A stretch of 64,000 nt of DNA from Phoronis australis (Eukaryota > Animalia > Phoronida), in contig NMRA01000208.1 of NCBI GenBank assembly GCA_002633005.1, positions 297,072 through 361,071 on the forward strand, in the 5' to 3' direction. The translations under genes were made by a program, and so were the position numbers. This document shows, piece after piece, positions 51,541 to 64,000 of the stretch. Position 1 is the stretch's first letter, and every line of letters starts with the position of its first letter. The notes under the pieces were generated by a model. That model saw nothing but the letters and a program-made list of their open reading frames with translations, was not told where the DNA came from and searched no databases.

Positions 51541-52617
51541 TGTTGCAGCCCTAACTGATGCCTGTGCCAAGCTGATTTGGCGGTCTTCAGTTTGGTGTGG
51601 GTTGGGAGGCCAAACTGATGCCAGGGCCAAACTGATGCCAGGACCAAACTGAAGGTACCGTAAGTTCGCAGGTTACTGCCAGTGGTATACGAATTGAAAC
51701 TGGTGATAATGAGTGCGGGTTATGTATATTATTATCTCAGGATAATTCTAAAACAGCATTAATGGTGCAATATTGATTGCATTTGACAGGTAATAGTTGG
51801 ATATAACATAAGCTCTTTGATAGCCGTAGGGCATCAGTTTGGCGTACTCGGTACTAAAATGCTCTGTTTTAAATCAACTGTATCGAAATGTCTACAATTA
51901 CAAAGAAACATATGTTTGAGGCTGAATAATGTTAATTACTTTAAAATATGACTAAACAAAGTTAATACTATTTCTAACGATTGTTTTACCTAATTGGTAT
52001 ATGTTTTGATAGCTTTCAGCATCAGTTTGATGAAGAACTCGCTAATACTCGTGCATTGTTTTCAAACAGCTAGATTAGACCCAACTTTTGCAACTGCCAA
52101 AAACATCTCTCTGGTTCTTATATTAATGTTAATCACTGTAATAAAGACTTAAACCTTTAATTCGGTTTTGGACGTTCGTTCCTCTGAGTCGTTGGGAGTC
52201 AATTTAGCTCACGACGAGTCCATGCACCACCTTTTAAAATAAATAACAACCCTTGCAAAGTTCCAAAAGAAATCTTTCGGTTGTTAAATTGTGTTCATAA
52301 TGTAATGAACTAAAGTGTTTACTCCACTTAATTTATTCGATTTAAATACTACCATTTTAGCCCAGCCTGACTTGCTGAAGGTGTTCCTAGTATGTCAAAT
52401 GGATCACAAGGGGTCCTGAGATACTATTACGCACCACCCTGCACTCATTGTTGTGAATTTCTGTTCTGAAAGCCGTCTGAAAAAATAAACTACTGGCAGT
52501 AATTTGGGAACTTACGGTAGCTTCAGTTTGGTGGAGGCATCAGTTTAGCTCCCTAACCCGCATCAAACTGAAGCACGCGAAATCAGTTTCGCGCAGACAT
52601 CAGTTCGGGCTGCAACA
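51541..52617. mobile_element. Non-autonomous TIR element with TGT...ACA ends (Ginger-like termini)
   Basis: TGTTGCAGCCC / GGGCTGCAACA ends, imperfect TIR of about 120 bp with reiterated AAACTGATGCC / GGCATCAGTTT motifs. No clean target-site duplication seen. Confidence 0.7.
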
Positions 52618-54901
52618 ATAGTACGACATTGTCTTAGTGGGTCACATTAGTTTGTAAGTGGAATGTCTGCCACTTTTTCTATTTGATTTTTTAGGGATGG
52701 TACTTTAATTTGCGTGATTTTGTCGCTTACCTCAGCTTGTTATGTGAATTAGTGATTGGTTGGAACTGCTAACTGCATTTCAAATTTCACTAAGCACGTA
52801 AATCCACAGTTGGGATCTGCATTTATTAATATGCCAGACTCCATTGAGGGGTAAAATTTATTTGAAATTAATCTGAGGCAAATACAACAATGAAACATTA
52901 ACTCAGGAGCTAATTGGCCATTACAGATTAAAATCTAAATCTAAACGTGTTGAATAACAATATTTGTAAGTACTAATATTGTCTAGTCTCTAGCTAATTT
53001 GTCACAAATTGCCGTACTAGTAAGTACTTCATATTAGCACATGTAACCTTGGATAACTCGTCACCGTCAAGTTTGCGAAAAAAGGATTTTGACATCTGAA
53101 ATGCGATCTTTATACATTGTACTGGCATAGTGGTAGTGGCCGGGGAGATCAATTTCCACATTGATTTCTGGTAAGACTGTGTAGTTTCATAAGTTCAGAT
53201 AGGTTGTTTTCGTCATGATTTGTGTGTCAAATATAATTTCATTGCATGGCCAAATGATCTTTGCCATGACTATCAGTAAAATTCGAACAAGATTTCTTGT
53301 GTCCGTTGAAGATAACTTGTGCGAAAAATTTTGGATTCTGGTTTTGAGCGACGAATTTGCGAAAACAAGTTGACTTAAAAGTAAACGTAACTGCAAACTT
53401 TTACATATAAATGGATGGGCGTGTAATCAGGACCAAGGCACATGTAGACCGAGTTATGCAATTATGAATTAAGCAATAACAATTATCTAATCCAAACAAA
53501 CAATATAATCTTATCACTTGTATCTAGGAATATGAATAATTTATCGGATCAAATACACGTGACTACAGGGATATTCCTGTGACCAGATTTGAACCTGTAT
53601 CTTTTGGCACACCTGATGATAAAAGGTGTGCCTTTTTCAAAATAGTTGTGCCCAGCAGATTAAAATCGAGACATATGAAACAGAAATCTCAAGGGCAAAA
53701 GATAAGAAAACGGTCATGTTTCTGACTGGCGTTAAGTTGACTTGAACCTTGCTGCAATGTACTTGCTCCTTTTTATTTTCCATGCACTTATGGCCCAAAG
53801 GTGCAGTCCAGGAATATCCCTGTCACTCTACTTGTGGAGCCAAGTGTGGAATGGGAGAATATACATGTTAAGCAAACTCTGCTTTTTGTTTAGACTTCAA
53901 ATTTTGCTACTTGGATTTAAAAACTACTGAGCCGCCAAAAACCTTCCTCGAGGCATTGTGTGCTGCGGTGAATGATGTATTGATGCACAGGAATGGTGTA
54001 GTGCAAGTGCTGCGGTGAATGATGTATTGATGCACGGGAATGGTGTAGTGCAAGTGCCACAAGAAAAAAATGTTTGTTAAGTTCGTTACATACTGGTATT
54101 CAATAATTAGTTGAGGATAAAATGAAAAACCTCAAACACTTGTTCTTGATGCAGACTGGCATTATCGGGTGTTTCTATCACAGATCTATGTCTCTACACT
54201 AACTTACTGCACTAGAACAGTAAGTTGACTTGTTTTTGAATCAGCATAGTCATGTCTTATTGGTCACGGATGCCCTAAGAAATTGGGAAACCCATTTTGG
54301 TCGCCCTATTTAGAAGTTCTGGATGAATCTCTGTGATTCAACAGTGTAGCCACTACACCACATGTACTCATGGTCAGTACCTTTATGATATTTATTAAAT
54401 AAATCAATATTTAAGCACTTAATGATTTGATTAATGTTTTGGTATGGGATCTTTTCTTTTTTTTTTCTCTACCAAATTAGTTTAATGCTAATTCTACAGA
54501 AGCTAGGCACCATGTTGCCCTCTCTGGTAGTAACCCCCCCCCCGGATGTGGTGTGATTGTGCCGTCATCACAATCACTAACTAGATTCATGGGAGTTTGA
54601 ATTCTGTCTTGGTTTTCTATATTATCTTGTCATTTTTATTTTGTGTGCTTTTATTTTTTCATGAACTCATACCGTTCTCTCACACCTTTCACACCACCTC
54701 AAACAGTTGACTCTCTGCTTTTAAATCTGCATATTTACTGCAAAAGTTTAATTTTCTATGTCAATAGTCCAAAACTAAAGTTAACCTTTCACACCGACTG
54801 CAAACTCTCCCCAAAACATTTACATGTCACCATTAGTGTGAAAGGCATCAGGACTGCATCTTGCTTAATGGTTCTTTTCTTCTCTTTGTTATCAGACGAT
54901 C

Positions 54902-57900
54902 ATGGCACAGAAGCATGATGAGAATGTGCCCCTCATCTTGCCTCCCCTGGAAGAATCTGACCAGCTTGTGTCTCAGTCTAATAACACACTCATAGAGACA
55001 TTACCGTACAGCCCGTCTGTACACGAGAGTCCTACGTTGTCAGGTGGGCCTGGAAGAAGAAACGACAATCCCCATTCCACAAGGTGAGTTATCATTGTTA
55101 CCTGGAATCCTGAGGTCTCACAGACATTACATAATCAGTCCTCAGTCGAAAGGTGGGCACATACTAATTCATTTTGACCAAGTTACTCTCATGGTCTAGT
55201 CATCAAGTGGCTGAGGATCTCATATTGAGCAAATAATTCCTCCACTGGGGCTAATTTTCTGCAAAAGCACTTCATTTCCACTAGACTTGGTGCTTCGGAG
55301 ATATATAAATGAGGCTGTGAATTGTTGATAAAAATCCCACAAAAGAACAGAAAACATAGAAAATCTCTAACTAAGCAAATCATACTTCTTTGAAGCTAAA
55401 TGTACCGCCGTCAAAACTTTTAAATTATCAAGTCACCTTGACAGTTTCATGATGTCATCAGTTGAAACGAGCTTTAACCCCCTGAAGACCCATCTTTGAA
55501 CACCATTGGTTTGTTTTTTTTAGATGGTCCCTAGTAGCCTTTGTTTAGTGGCTTTATCACTGCGAACTGGCATTCTTAGTTACCATGACAACACAATGGC
55601 TTCAAGTACTTTAACCTGAAAATAACTGCCTGTATTTTTTGAGTTTGAAGTGGTTCTGAGTAGGAGTTAAAACTGTTACATGACATCATTCTTACTTCCA
55701 ATTGTTTTAGAACGTCTTTTATGCAACTTCAGTGAAGGATTAAGAAACAAATTATTGAATTGAGCTGTTCTGACAATTGTATGACGCTTGAATCACAATC
55801 ATGCTAACATCGAGTTAGCCTCCATTGTTGTTTGCTGAATGTGTGACAACAACTTGTCATGTGCTCAAACACTGTTTCCAGTTCATGTCACTGACATTTA
55901 TCGAGGTACGGTTTACACAATAAAAATTTAAGGTATATGTTATAGTGGTATTTTGAATGGATTATTCCATTTTGCCAATAAAACTTGACAATAGGTATGT
56001 TAAGTAAGTTGTTAAAACTGTCAATCAGGGCTGGGTTGCATAAATCTTCAAATTTATCTGCGGTATGAGTTTGATTGTTGTATGACATCAGGTGCATTGT
56101 TCAACAATAACAACGTGGCAGATGATAATGCGACCTCATTGTTGCTATGCAGCGTATAACTTTATGCAACTGGGCCCAGATGTTGTTATTAGTTATTTCA
56201 GTCTGTTGTCTTGACTTGTTTATTGAATGTGTAATAATATCATATGGCAGTTGAAGAATGCATTACAACCACTGTAGTCTAATCTGGCCTTGGATTGTCA
56301 ATTTCTTTGCCCACATGTTAATACATTCCAAATGGTTTTCCCATCAGACTATTGGTGAAAGTATGTCTTATTTTGAATGACGGTTTCGCTGCTTACTACC
56401 ACCCTCTGTAGTCAATGCTCAGTAGCCTGGTAGTACGGTAGACTCACTAGATCTATAACCATGGAGACACCATGACTTCAATTCCCCGTCCACATGGACT
56501 GTTGTTCTCAGTACTTTTTGTGGAATTCTCTATGAAGCCTCTCCTTTACTCATTTACACTGTTTGCATTAGATCTAGTGTGAACAAAACTTTGTGACTGG
56601 CAAAGTGTGGATGGTTCTTTTATAACGCATGTATTTAAATAGCATGAACACGGTTTTGAATTATGTGATTTGCAAACGTAATATGAATGCTGACGTATCT
56701 ATACTAAACCTGTGTAATAATGTTGAGTTTCATTTCAGTAATGTCCAAGCAATGATGAACCTACTGAAGGGAAATATTGGCACTGGCATACTTGCTATGC
56801 CTGTTGCAGTGAAGAACGCTGGGCTCCTGGTGAGGGCGCTAGCTGTTATTACATCCACAAGTATACTCGGTCTATGATTGTAGTTTTGGTTTGCGATAGG
56901 GGTTCAACTCGGCGTTTCAGTCTTTTAATGAACCAAGGTAGCTTTTTTAATTAAAACATAATGATAAAGGATATGGACTGAATGAACTTCATATATTGTT
57001 TCAACAGTATGATCTGCCGCTGCCGCTAAGTGGATTTATTCCAGTTTGAACGGCTTGACTTAGTTAGTTTCATGTGGGTCTTTAAGAAAATGTGTTACCA
57101 AAAGTAAAAACTCTTCAATTTGGGACAGTGAAAATTTAATTATTTTGCCCAAGGTCAGAGCTTGTCCCAAATTCTAGAACCAGGTGGCATTGGCCATCCC
57201 AAATTTCAAGAATCACTCTATAGATCGAATGCCTGAATACAGAAAATTCAATTTTTTGGGAGTTTCCGTGTCCCAAATTCTAGAGACTAACCACCCAAAT
57301 TAGAGAATTTTTACCTTACCTTATCAGCAAGTTTGTGCATTTAGCCAACTGTCTACAGAACTACAGAATAACAGTTTTTTAAAACTTTATTTTCTGGCCA
57401 AAGTAGAACTCCAGTAGAATTTTCTTTGGGCTTTTTGGCAACCTGCCATTTACTGGGTCACATGACCATCTCTGTTTAATAAAATTATGGCTGCTGTTTA
57501 CCTGCTGATTTGGACCCCATACCTTGATGGGAGTGGCCCGAAGTTGGTCCTTAGTCACAATAGTTGTAATTTGTGGGCTTGCAAGGAACTGACATATCAT
57601 TATGAGATTAAGCTCTACAATTATATGAGTTGTTATGGCATCTCATTTTATTCGCCAATTAAGGTCCCAACCGATATTGAATAGTGGTTGGAAATAATTG
57701 AAAGTTTTTGACATCCAGCTACTGCCGTGTGTAATTTTTGCCTTTTTGTGTCTGCTTCTGTCAGTCTGTGTAAGCACCGAGTTCATGACGCTTGACTGAT
57801 GTGTTAACTATAAAAAAGAATACGACAACACAAATAATGCATTTCCATTAGGTTCAAGCACGTTTTGAACTCTCTTGTGACAATTTTAGTATTTTCATAT

Positions 57901-60900
57901 TTCATTTTTGGCATCCGCTTTTCTGTCTGCCAAACGGTTTGAAACCCGACTCGTGTTGGCATTTGGACAGTTTTGACTTTTACTCTGCCCTGTAGTGACA
58001 ACTTCATGTTTTTGTATTTGGTGAAGGATTTATATGAAACTTGATAGATAAGATTTTATCCTGAAGAGAAAAGCAATGCTTGTTTTTGGAAAGTTCCGAC
58101 TTGTGATGTGCCCCATCATAATGGCAGTTATGTTTAAATTAATTATTCACTTTTACTATCAGCTTCTCCATCTGCCAAACATCAAGCCAAATGAGTTTCT
58201 ATTAAGATTATCATTACTGGCATCAATTACCAAATGGGTGTGACTCGTGCGCTTACCCTAGTGGTTATTTTTGTTTCAGTTTTACTTGCGACAATCTCAA
58301 TATCCATCAGGATTACATTCCAGATGACTGCGTGCAGTAGTCTCAATAACGCTCACTCTTGAAAAAATCAACCCCCTTTTAAATTTCTGCCATTTGTTGT
58401 GCAGATGGTGGGTACATAGCAACACTCTAAGTTGGTTTTGTTATATATGGCAATATGTAATTGTGTTTTGCTTGTTTATTTAGGTTGGTGGTGTTGGTGT
58501 GATAATTATTGGCACAATCGCTGTACATTGTATGCATATATTGGTGAAGTGTAGCCATGATCTCTGTCACAGGTAATGATTATATAGAACTCAATAAAAT
58601 CTGGTCTTGTCTCTAAAGTCAATCCTGTAAACTAAAGCTGATAATTATATTTTATTAGTTCGTTAAAGGTTTATTGAGGGCTGTTTAGGTGACATGACAG
58701 TGGCAAGTGTCGAGTGTTTTGATGTATTTTTCACAAATAAGTCACATTCTTTTTTTTCTGTAGCTATTCTGTGGTTGGAATAGAGCTCGAGGTATAGTTA
58801 CTTTTGGACTAACGTAGCCTGCTTCATTCTTATTACATCTTAAAATATGGTGGGTTATTTTTTACCGACCACTGTTACAGGTACTCAGTTAAAAGCCCCC
58901 AGGGCTCCGTTTCATTTTACTCTTAACTTGAGACCGAAATAACAATGCTGTCATTCCATCCGACGTCATGTTGCGCTTGTTGAACAATGCTCTTGTCGTT
59001 AATCGAGCTTGAGACTTAAACTCATGAAACGGAGCCCTAGTCCACTGTTTTTACCACTTTTTACATTGTGCAACTTTAATCTGCTGCTTAATAACTATGA
59101 CAAGTAACAGTTTTCGTTCTTGTAAGTGTCCATCTTTTGCTGCACAATTCAGTCCTTGTCTCATGCTTAGTATGAGCTTTAGTTGTCACTGTCATGTATT
59201 GAATTTCTACCAGATGTTTATAGTTCCTGTAGCACTTAAATGTATGACTCTTAATCACATGTTACTATGACGTATATCCTTAGCGTGTATAAATAGTTTT
59301 CTTGCATGTGTTTGAGTCACTTGGATGTCGTTTTCTTTAATGCTGAATACTTTGATAATATAACTCTTATATCATTCAATTGGTTTTTATACGTCGTACA
59401 CCGACGACGTTACAGTCACTGCAGTATTTCCTTACTGCATTTGCATAAAAATTGTCATTTTCATGATTAAATTAAGTTTTGCACAATACCCCAATTTTGA
59501 GGAAGAACAATGTATTGTAATGTTTTTGTTTTTAAATTCTTGTAGTTTAATAATTTCAGTTGTTATCATTTAGAAACAATATCGGCCAGTTATCATTAAA
59601 GCCTACTCTAAGTTTAAATTTTGTTTTCTTTCTTGTAGAACTGGTAATACAGCACTTAACTATGGTCAGGCTGTTGAAGAAGCCTTCTGTCTCGGTCCCA
59701 CCCCACTGAGACGCTGCTCAAAGCTGGCCCATCAGTGTGTCAACTTGTTCCTCAATATAACACAGATGGGCTTCTGTTGTGTTTATGTCTTATTTATTGC
59801 GGAGAACATCAAACAGGTTGGAATTTCATTTCAAGTACATTAAAAGCCAGAAGTATTCAGACAGAATGACATGGATGTCCCTGTCTTGGTAGCTGGGCTG
59901 AAACTGAGTTCATTGTCAGTTTAGTTTTCTCTCACAACAGAGAATGAGCCATTCTGCAAATAGAATTTTGCCATTCCGATAATTGTTACTAGTCATTTTT
60001 CTTTTAACAAAATTTGCCGTCATGATGGGGAAAGATCATTTTGTCTAATTACTGTCTTGCACTGCATGTGTCTCTTTTGTTGAAACATTTTATGGCTCAC
60101 ATGTTCTTTTTGTAACTGTAACTGCAAATATTGAGGCATATGTGTCTATATGTGACACTGCATCTACATCCAGAGTAAGGCACGTACACTTGCATAAAAT
60201 GCCCAACATGGAGATTTTTAAAATGACATGTGAATGAAGCTTGGCTTATCCTTATAGAATATTGGATGTTGACGCGTTAACGCTTTGACATTAATTAGTT
60301 AATATGTGAAAAATACTAAGAATGAATTAAGGCATAAAGGCACACAAAATATTCAGTTTAAAACAATGCTCATATATTTTGGTAGGTGCCCGAATCTATA
60401 AATCCAGAGCACAGATAGTTTTTGAAAAATGCAGTGTCAGTCTCACGGTCTTTAACACAAGTTTTAAGATTATGTAACATGTCATGTTCTCAACTCTACA
60501 AATTAAAAGAGTTTGTTTCGTAAAAGTTTATGGTTTTATTCTATGTTGCACTCAAAAGGACATCCCTATTTTGAGGGATACGATTTAAATACAAACTGTA
60601 ATTCCATTAGTATTTTGACTATGTTTTAATACTGTAACAACAGAATTAGGAACTATTGTTTAATACTAGAAAAATACCATTAAATATACAACTTGCATAA
60701 AAACTTCAGTTGCATTGTTCTCTCTATATATAGTCAACCGTGGTGCTGCATTAGGTATGAAATTGTTTGCACCATGTTGAGCCACGTTTAAAAATCCCTG
60801 AGCCATGTTTAAAATCTTCAGCCATGTTTGAACAGCCAGAGTTACAAGACAAATGATTGGAATACAGTTGTGTATTGCTCCGTATTTTAATATATTGCGA

Positions 60901-63082
60901 TGAAAATGATTGCGACATGTCCAGCAACTGAAAATAACGTGCGACTAAATGTCAGTTGTTTTTCTGAATTAACAGAAAGAAAATTAGGATTTGCACCATG
61001 TTTTGTTTTTTTCTCTGACAGGGAGTTCCCTGAGATATCTTTTGCATGATACCGTGTTGAGACACTGGCAGTTAGGTCTTGTTTTACCCACTTAATATCT
61101 ATTTTGTGATTATCACGGGAGCACTGTGTATTGACGTTCTAATCCAACCTTTACTGGAAGAGGATTTTTGGAGATCATTGTAAAGTTGTTCCTGCTAAAT
61201 TATACTGTCACTAGGAAGTTTTATGTGCCTGGCAAATACAACGACTTGAGCGTTTAGTTATCTACTATCTACTGAGTTATCGTGTTATTGTCATTACAGG
61301 AGATTATCTGCTGTTATCAGGCTTTGTATCAGTTGGAAAGTTCTTTAACTCACCCTCACAGTACTCATAGTTATAATATAGGACCCCGGAAATTGGACAA
61401 TATTTGGCTAAATTTAGAACATCATATCTCATAAATGAATGATTGGATTCACGTGAGACTTATAGATACGCTTCATACACTGGTCTGATGTTTGTATGAG
61501 GGCCCGTCTAACATCACGTGAAACTTATAGATACGCTTCATATACTGGTCTGATGTTTGTATGAGGGCCCGTCTAACATCACGTGAGACGTATAGATACG
61601 CTTCATACACTGGTCTGATGTTTGTATGAGGGCCCGTCTAACATCACGTGAAACTTATAGATACACTTCATACACTGGTCTGATGTTTGTATGAGGGCCT
61701 GTCTAACATCACGTGAGACGTATAGATACGCTTCATACACTGGTCTGATGTTTGTATGAGGGCCTGTCTAACATCTAACAGTTGCAGAAAACAGAACGAT
61801 TATTTCGAAAAATGTTACAGGGTTTTTGAGATATCTCTTCATTCATATATTAAAAAATTTATTCATACTTTTCGTTTTCGCTAAAGTTCACTAAAACACA
61901 TGGTCACATGACCAAGTTAATGGGAGATTGCTGGAATACTCTAACTCTAAAGGATTTTTACTTTCACAAAATATGCACTTTTTAGTTAAAATCTACATTT
62001 TTTCTAGGTATTTGGCTAAATACATAAACTTATTGATAAGATCTGACACAATCTTGAATTGGATAGTGCCATCATATTATCTCTTTAACTTCATACGAAG
62101 ACAAATAATTTCTGATCATGTTTTTTATTGTTTTAAGAATGATGCTCAAAATTTTAGCAATTTTTTTCAAGATAACTGTGTAGTACAAAGGTTGATAATG
62201 ATGAAGGCAAGTTTTTCTCAATGTTTAGTTTTGTGGTGATGTTTGACAAAATAACATTTCCATATCTCTATTGTATCCTGTGCTAAATTATTGGGTGATC
62301 ATCCTACTGGTTCAAAATAAACCATGTTCTTTTTGTGTGACACTAAGTTATACTTTTAAGTTAATTCTCTGTTTAATGGCAAGTGTTTTATGAGTTCCAT
62401 TGGTGCCATCCACATGCAGACTTACCCTAGAACAAGTTGTCACTACATTGAGGGCTGTGTGGACACAGCACCCCATTGTTACGTATTACTCCACCGTATC
62501 GAGGTGGGGGAACTTCTTCTTGGTTAACTTGCGCCACTTGTAATTGCTGTGTGGTCGCAAAATTTGAGCAATGTGGAAGTAATTATCAACGGTTCATTGT
62601 CGTGCACAGAGCGACAACTTCTGCCTTATCCTAGTTTATAGGATATGTGTGTGTAGACGTTCCATTTAAAAGTGGGGTCACAGTTGCATTTATTTTGTGC
62701 AACTTGTTCTTGAAAAAGCTGTATGTGGACAGGACTATAGTCATGACCGTTTATCCAAGCAGGAAGTACACTCTACTAACTAATGTTGTCTCTTTGACTC
62801 CAGGTGGTTGATGAGTTCCATAGACATGACCCATTCTCCAAGCAAGTCTACATGGCCCTGCTACTTGTCTTCCTCATTCCGTTTGTATTTGTGCGCAAGC
62901 TCAAGCACTTGGCTCCGTTTGCAACGTTTGCCAATCTCTTGACTGTGATAGGACTTATCATCACCTTCCAGTACACAGTGCAAGATCTGCCTGATATTTC
63001 AAGTCGAGACGCATTCAACTCATGGAGAACACTTCCACTCTTCTTTGGAACAGCAGTCTTTGCCTTTGAAGGAATCAGTTTG
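54902..63082 (+). CDS. SLC36A: Proton-coupled amino acid transporter (SLC36/PAT family), partial; continues beyond right edge
   Basis: Exons 54902-55083, 56739-56829 (NLLKGNIGTGILAMPVAVKNAGLL), 58484-58572 (AVHCMHILVKCSH), 59639-59816 (LNYG...ITQMGFCCVYVLFIAENIKQ), 62804-63082 (LKHLAPF...LPLFFGTAVFAFEGISL). Phases are consistent. The window ends on a pyrimidine tract plus AG, probably the next acceptor. Confidence 0.92.
56028..56177. mobile_element. Small MITE
   Basis: Imperfect TIR gggctgggttgcataaa / tttatgcaactgggccc. Confidence 0.55.
58901..59038. mobile_element. Small MITE (Harbinger-like termini)
   Basis: Perfect 15-bp TIR agggctccgtttcat / atgaaacggagccct. Confidence 0.7.
61450..61774. 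repeat. 65-bp tandem repeat, 5 copies
   Basis: cacgtgagacttatagatacgcttcatacactggtctgatgtttgtatgagggcccgtctaacat-like units start at 61450, 61515, 61580, 61645 and 61710. Confidence 0.95.
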
Positions 63083-64000
63083 GTGCGTGGCTTTTATGTG
63101 ATGGAACAAGTAAAACATTGTTAGCAAGACATTTAAAGGAAACTGAACCCTGTTTTGGTGACTTGAACCAATCCTCGTTTTGTCATCTACGAATGCATCA
63201 TTGGCATACTGCTTGAGTTATAAACGCAGGATTGAAATAAAGACTAGTACTCCCTATCTCACAGATTGAATATTATAGTTCTTGGTGGATGGTCTTTCTC
63301 CACAGTTACCATGTAACTCACATAATGCATAGGTTTCGCTTGCCGGTTTAGCACACTTTAAAAAGAGTGTGCAAATTTTGTTTAAAACTTTTGAGTGTTG
63401 TCGAGGGTGACGGAGTATTATTTTGTTGCAGAGAACTGAATAGGAGTTGTTTTTAAATTAATATCTGTTTATAGGCCAAAACAGTGTTTGGTATCCTTTT
63501 AAGGAATTCAGAGTGATCAATAGTGTTATCTTAACTCAAAAGGCCTGATGTAACTGTGGACACCGTACATCCAAATATTCGTGGTTTTGTTTGTACAGCA
63601 GCGTGCGATGCTGGACGGACGCCCACATATGCATTCGTGGGTGCATGAAACGAATATTGTCTTGATTATCAGTTACAAAATTTGAACACTTCACTAGTAG
63701 GGGTGAGCCTTCAGTCTTTGGAAACTTTCTTTGTACCGTAGTATTTGCAAAAAATACGCCATGCAGTCTTCCTTCCTTTGGCTGGATATTCTTACAAACA
63801 CGTAGTTGCTTATAAGTCTTAGCTTTTATCACAATACCAAAGACAACAAGTTTAGCCAGGTAGATTGTACGCTTTATTTACAACTGAAAAAATGTATTCT
63901 TTTTTCCGGGTGTCAAATGAAATATTTTAAGTGGCACACAGTTTTACACTAGGTTGCACGAGGAGAAATGAGCTTACTTTTTGTGATTTTGTTTTAATAG

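Noticed and set aside
61450-61774. Tandem arrays as possible CRISPR arrays
   Set aside because: Units are contiguous with no unique spacers, there are no cas genes, and the context is a eukaryotic intron.

Overview
AT-rich, intron-rich animal genomic DNA, probably a lophotrochozoan or similar marine invertebrate (inference). Four spliced protein-coding genes can be rebuilt exon by exon with consistent GT-AG sites and intron phases. They form two head-to-head pairs. Pair 1: the 5' end of HERC2 (minus, runs off the left edge) faces a complete five-SH3 adaptor gene like SH3D19/Eve-1 (plus, about 895 aa). Pair 2: a complete Rab escort protein gene (REP/CHM family, minus, about 655 aa) faces an SLC36-type proton-coupled amino acid transporter (plus, runs off the right edge). 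The introns hold the most interesting material. REP intron 1 contains a decayed 3.8 kb TIR transposon with convergent SAP/YqaJ-exonuclease and THAP remnants (ISL2EU-like). A tRNA-headed SINE family carries a degenerate Penelope-type minimal hammerhead ribozyme motif, and one copy has an inverted duplicate of that module. There are also several MITEs, a LINE fragment, many minisatellites and two duplicated splice donors. A 2.3 kb tandem duplication of SH3-gene exon 2 straddles a single N and is probably an assembly or haplotype artefact. Most short ORFs in the supplied track are spurious. All family assignments come from motif recognition, not database searches.
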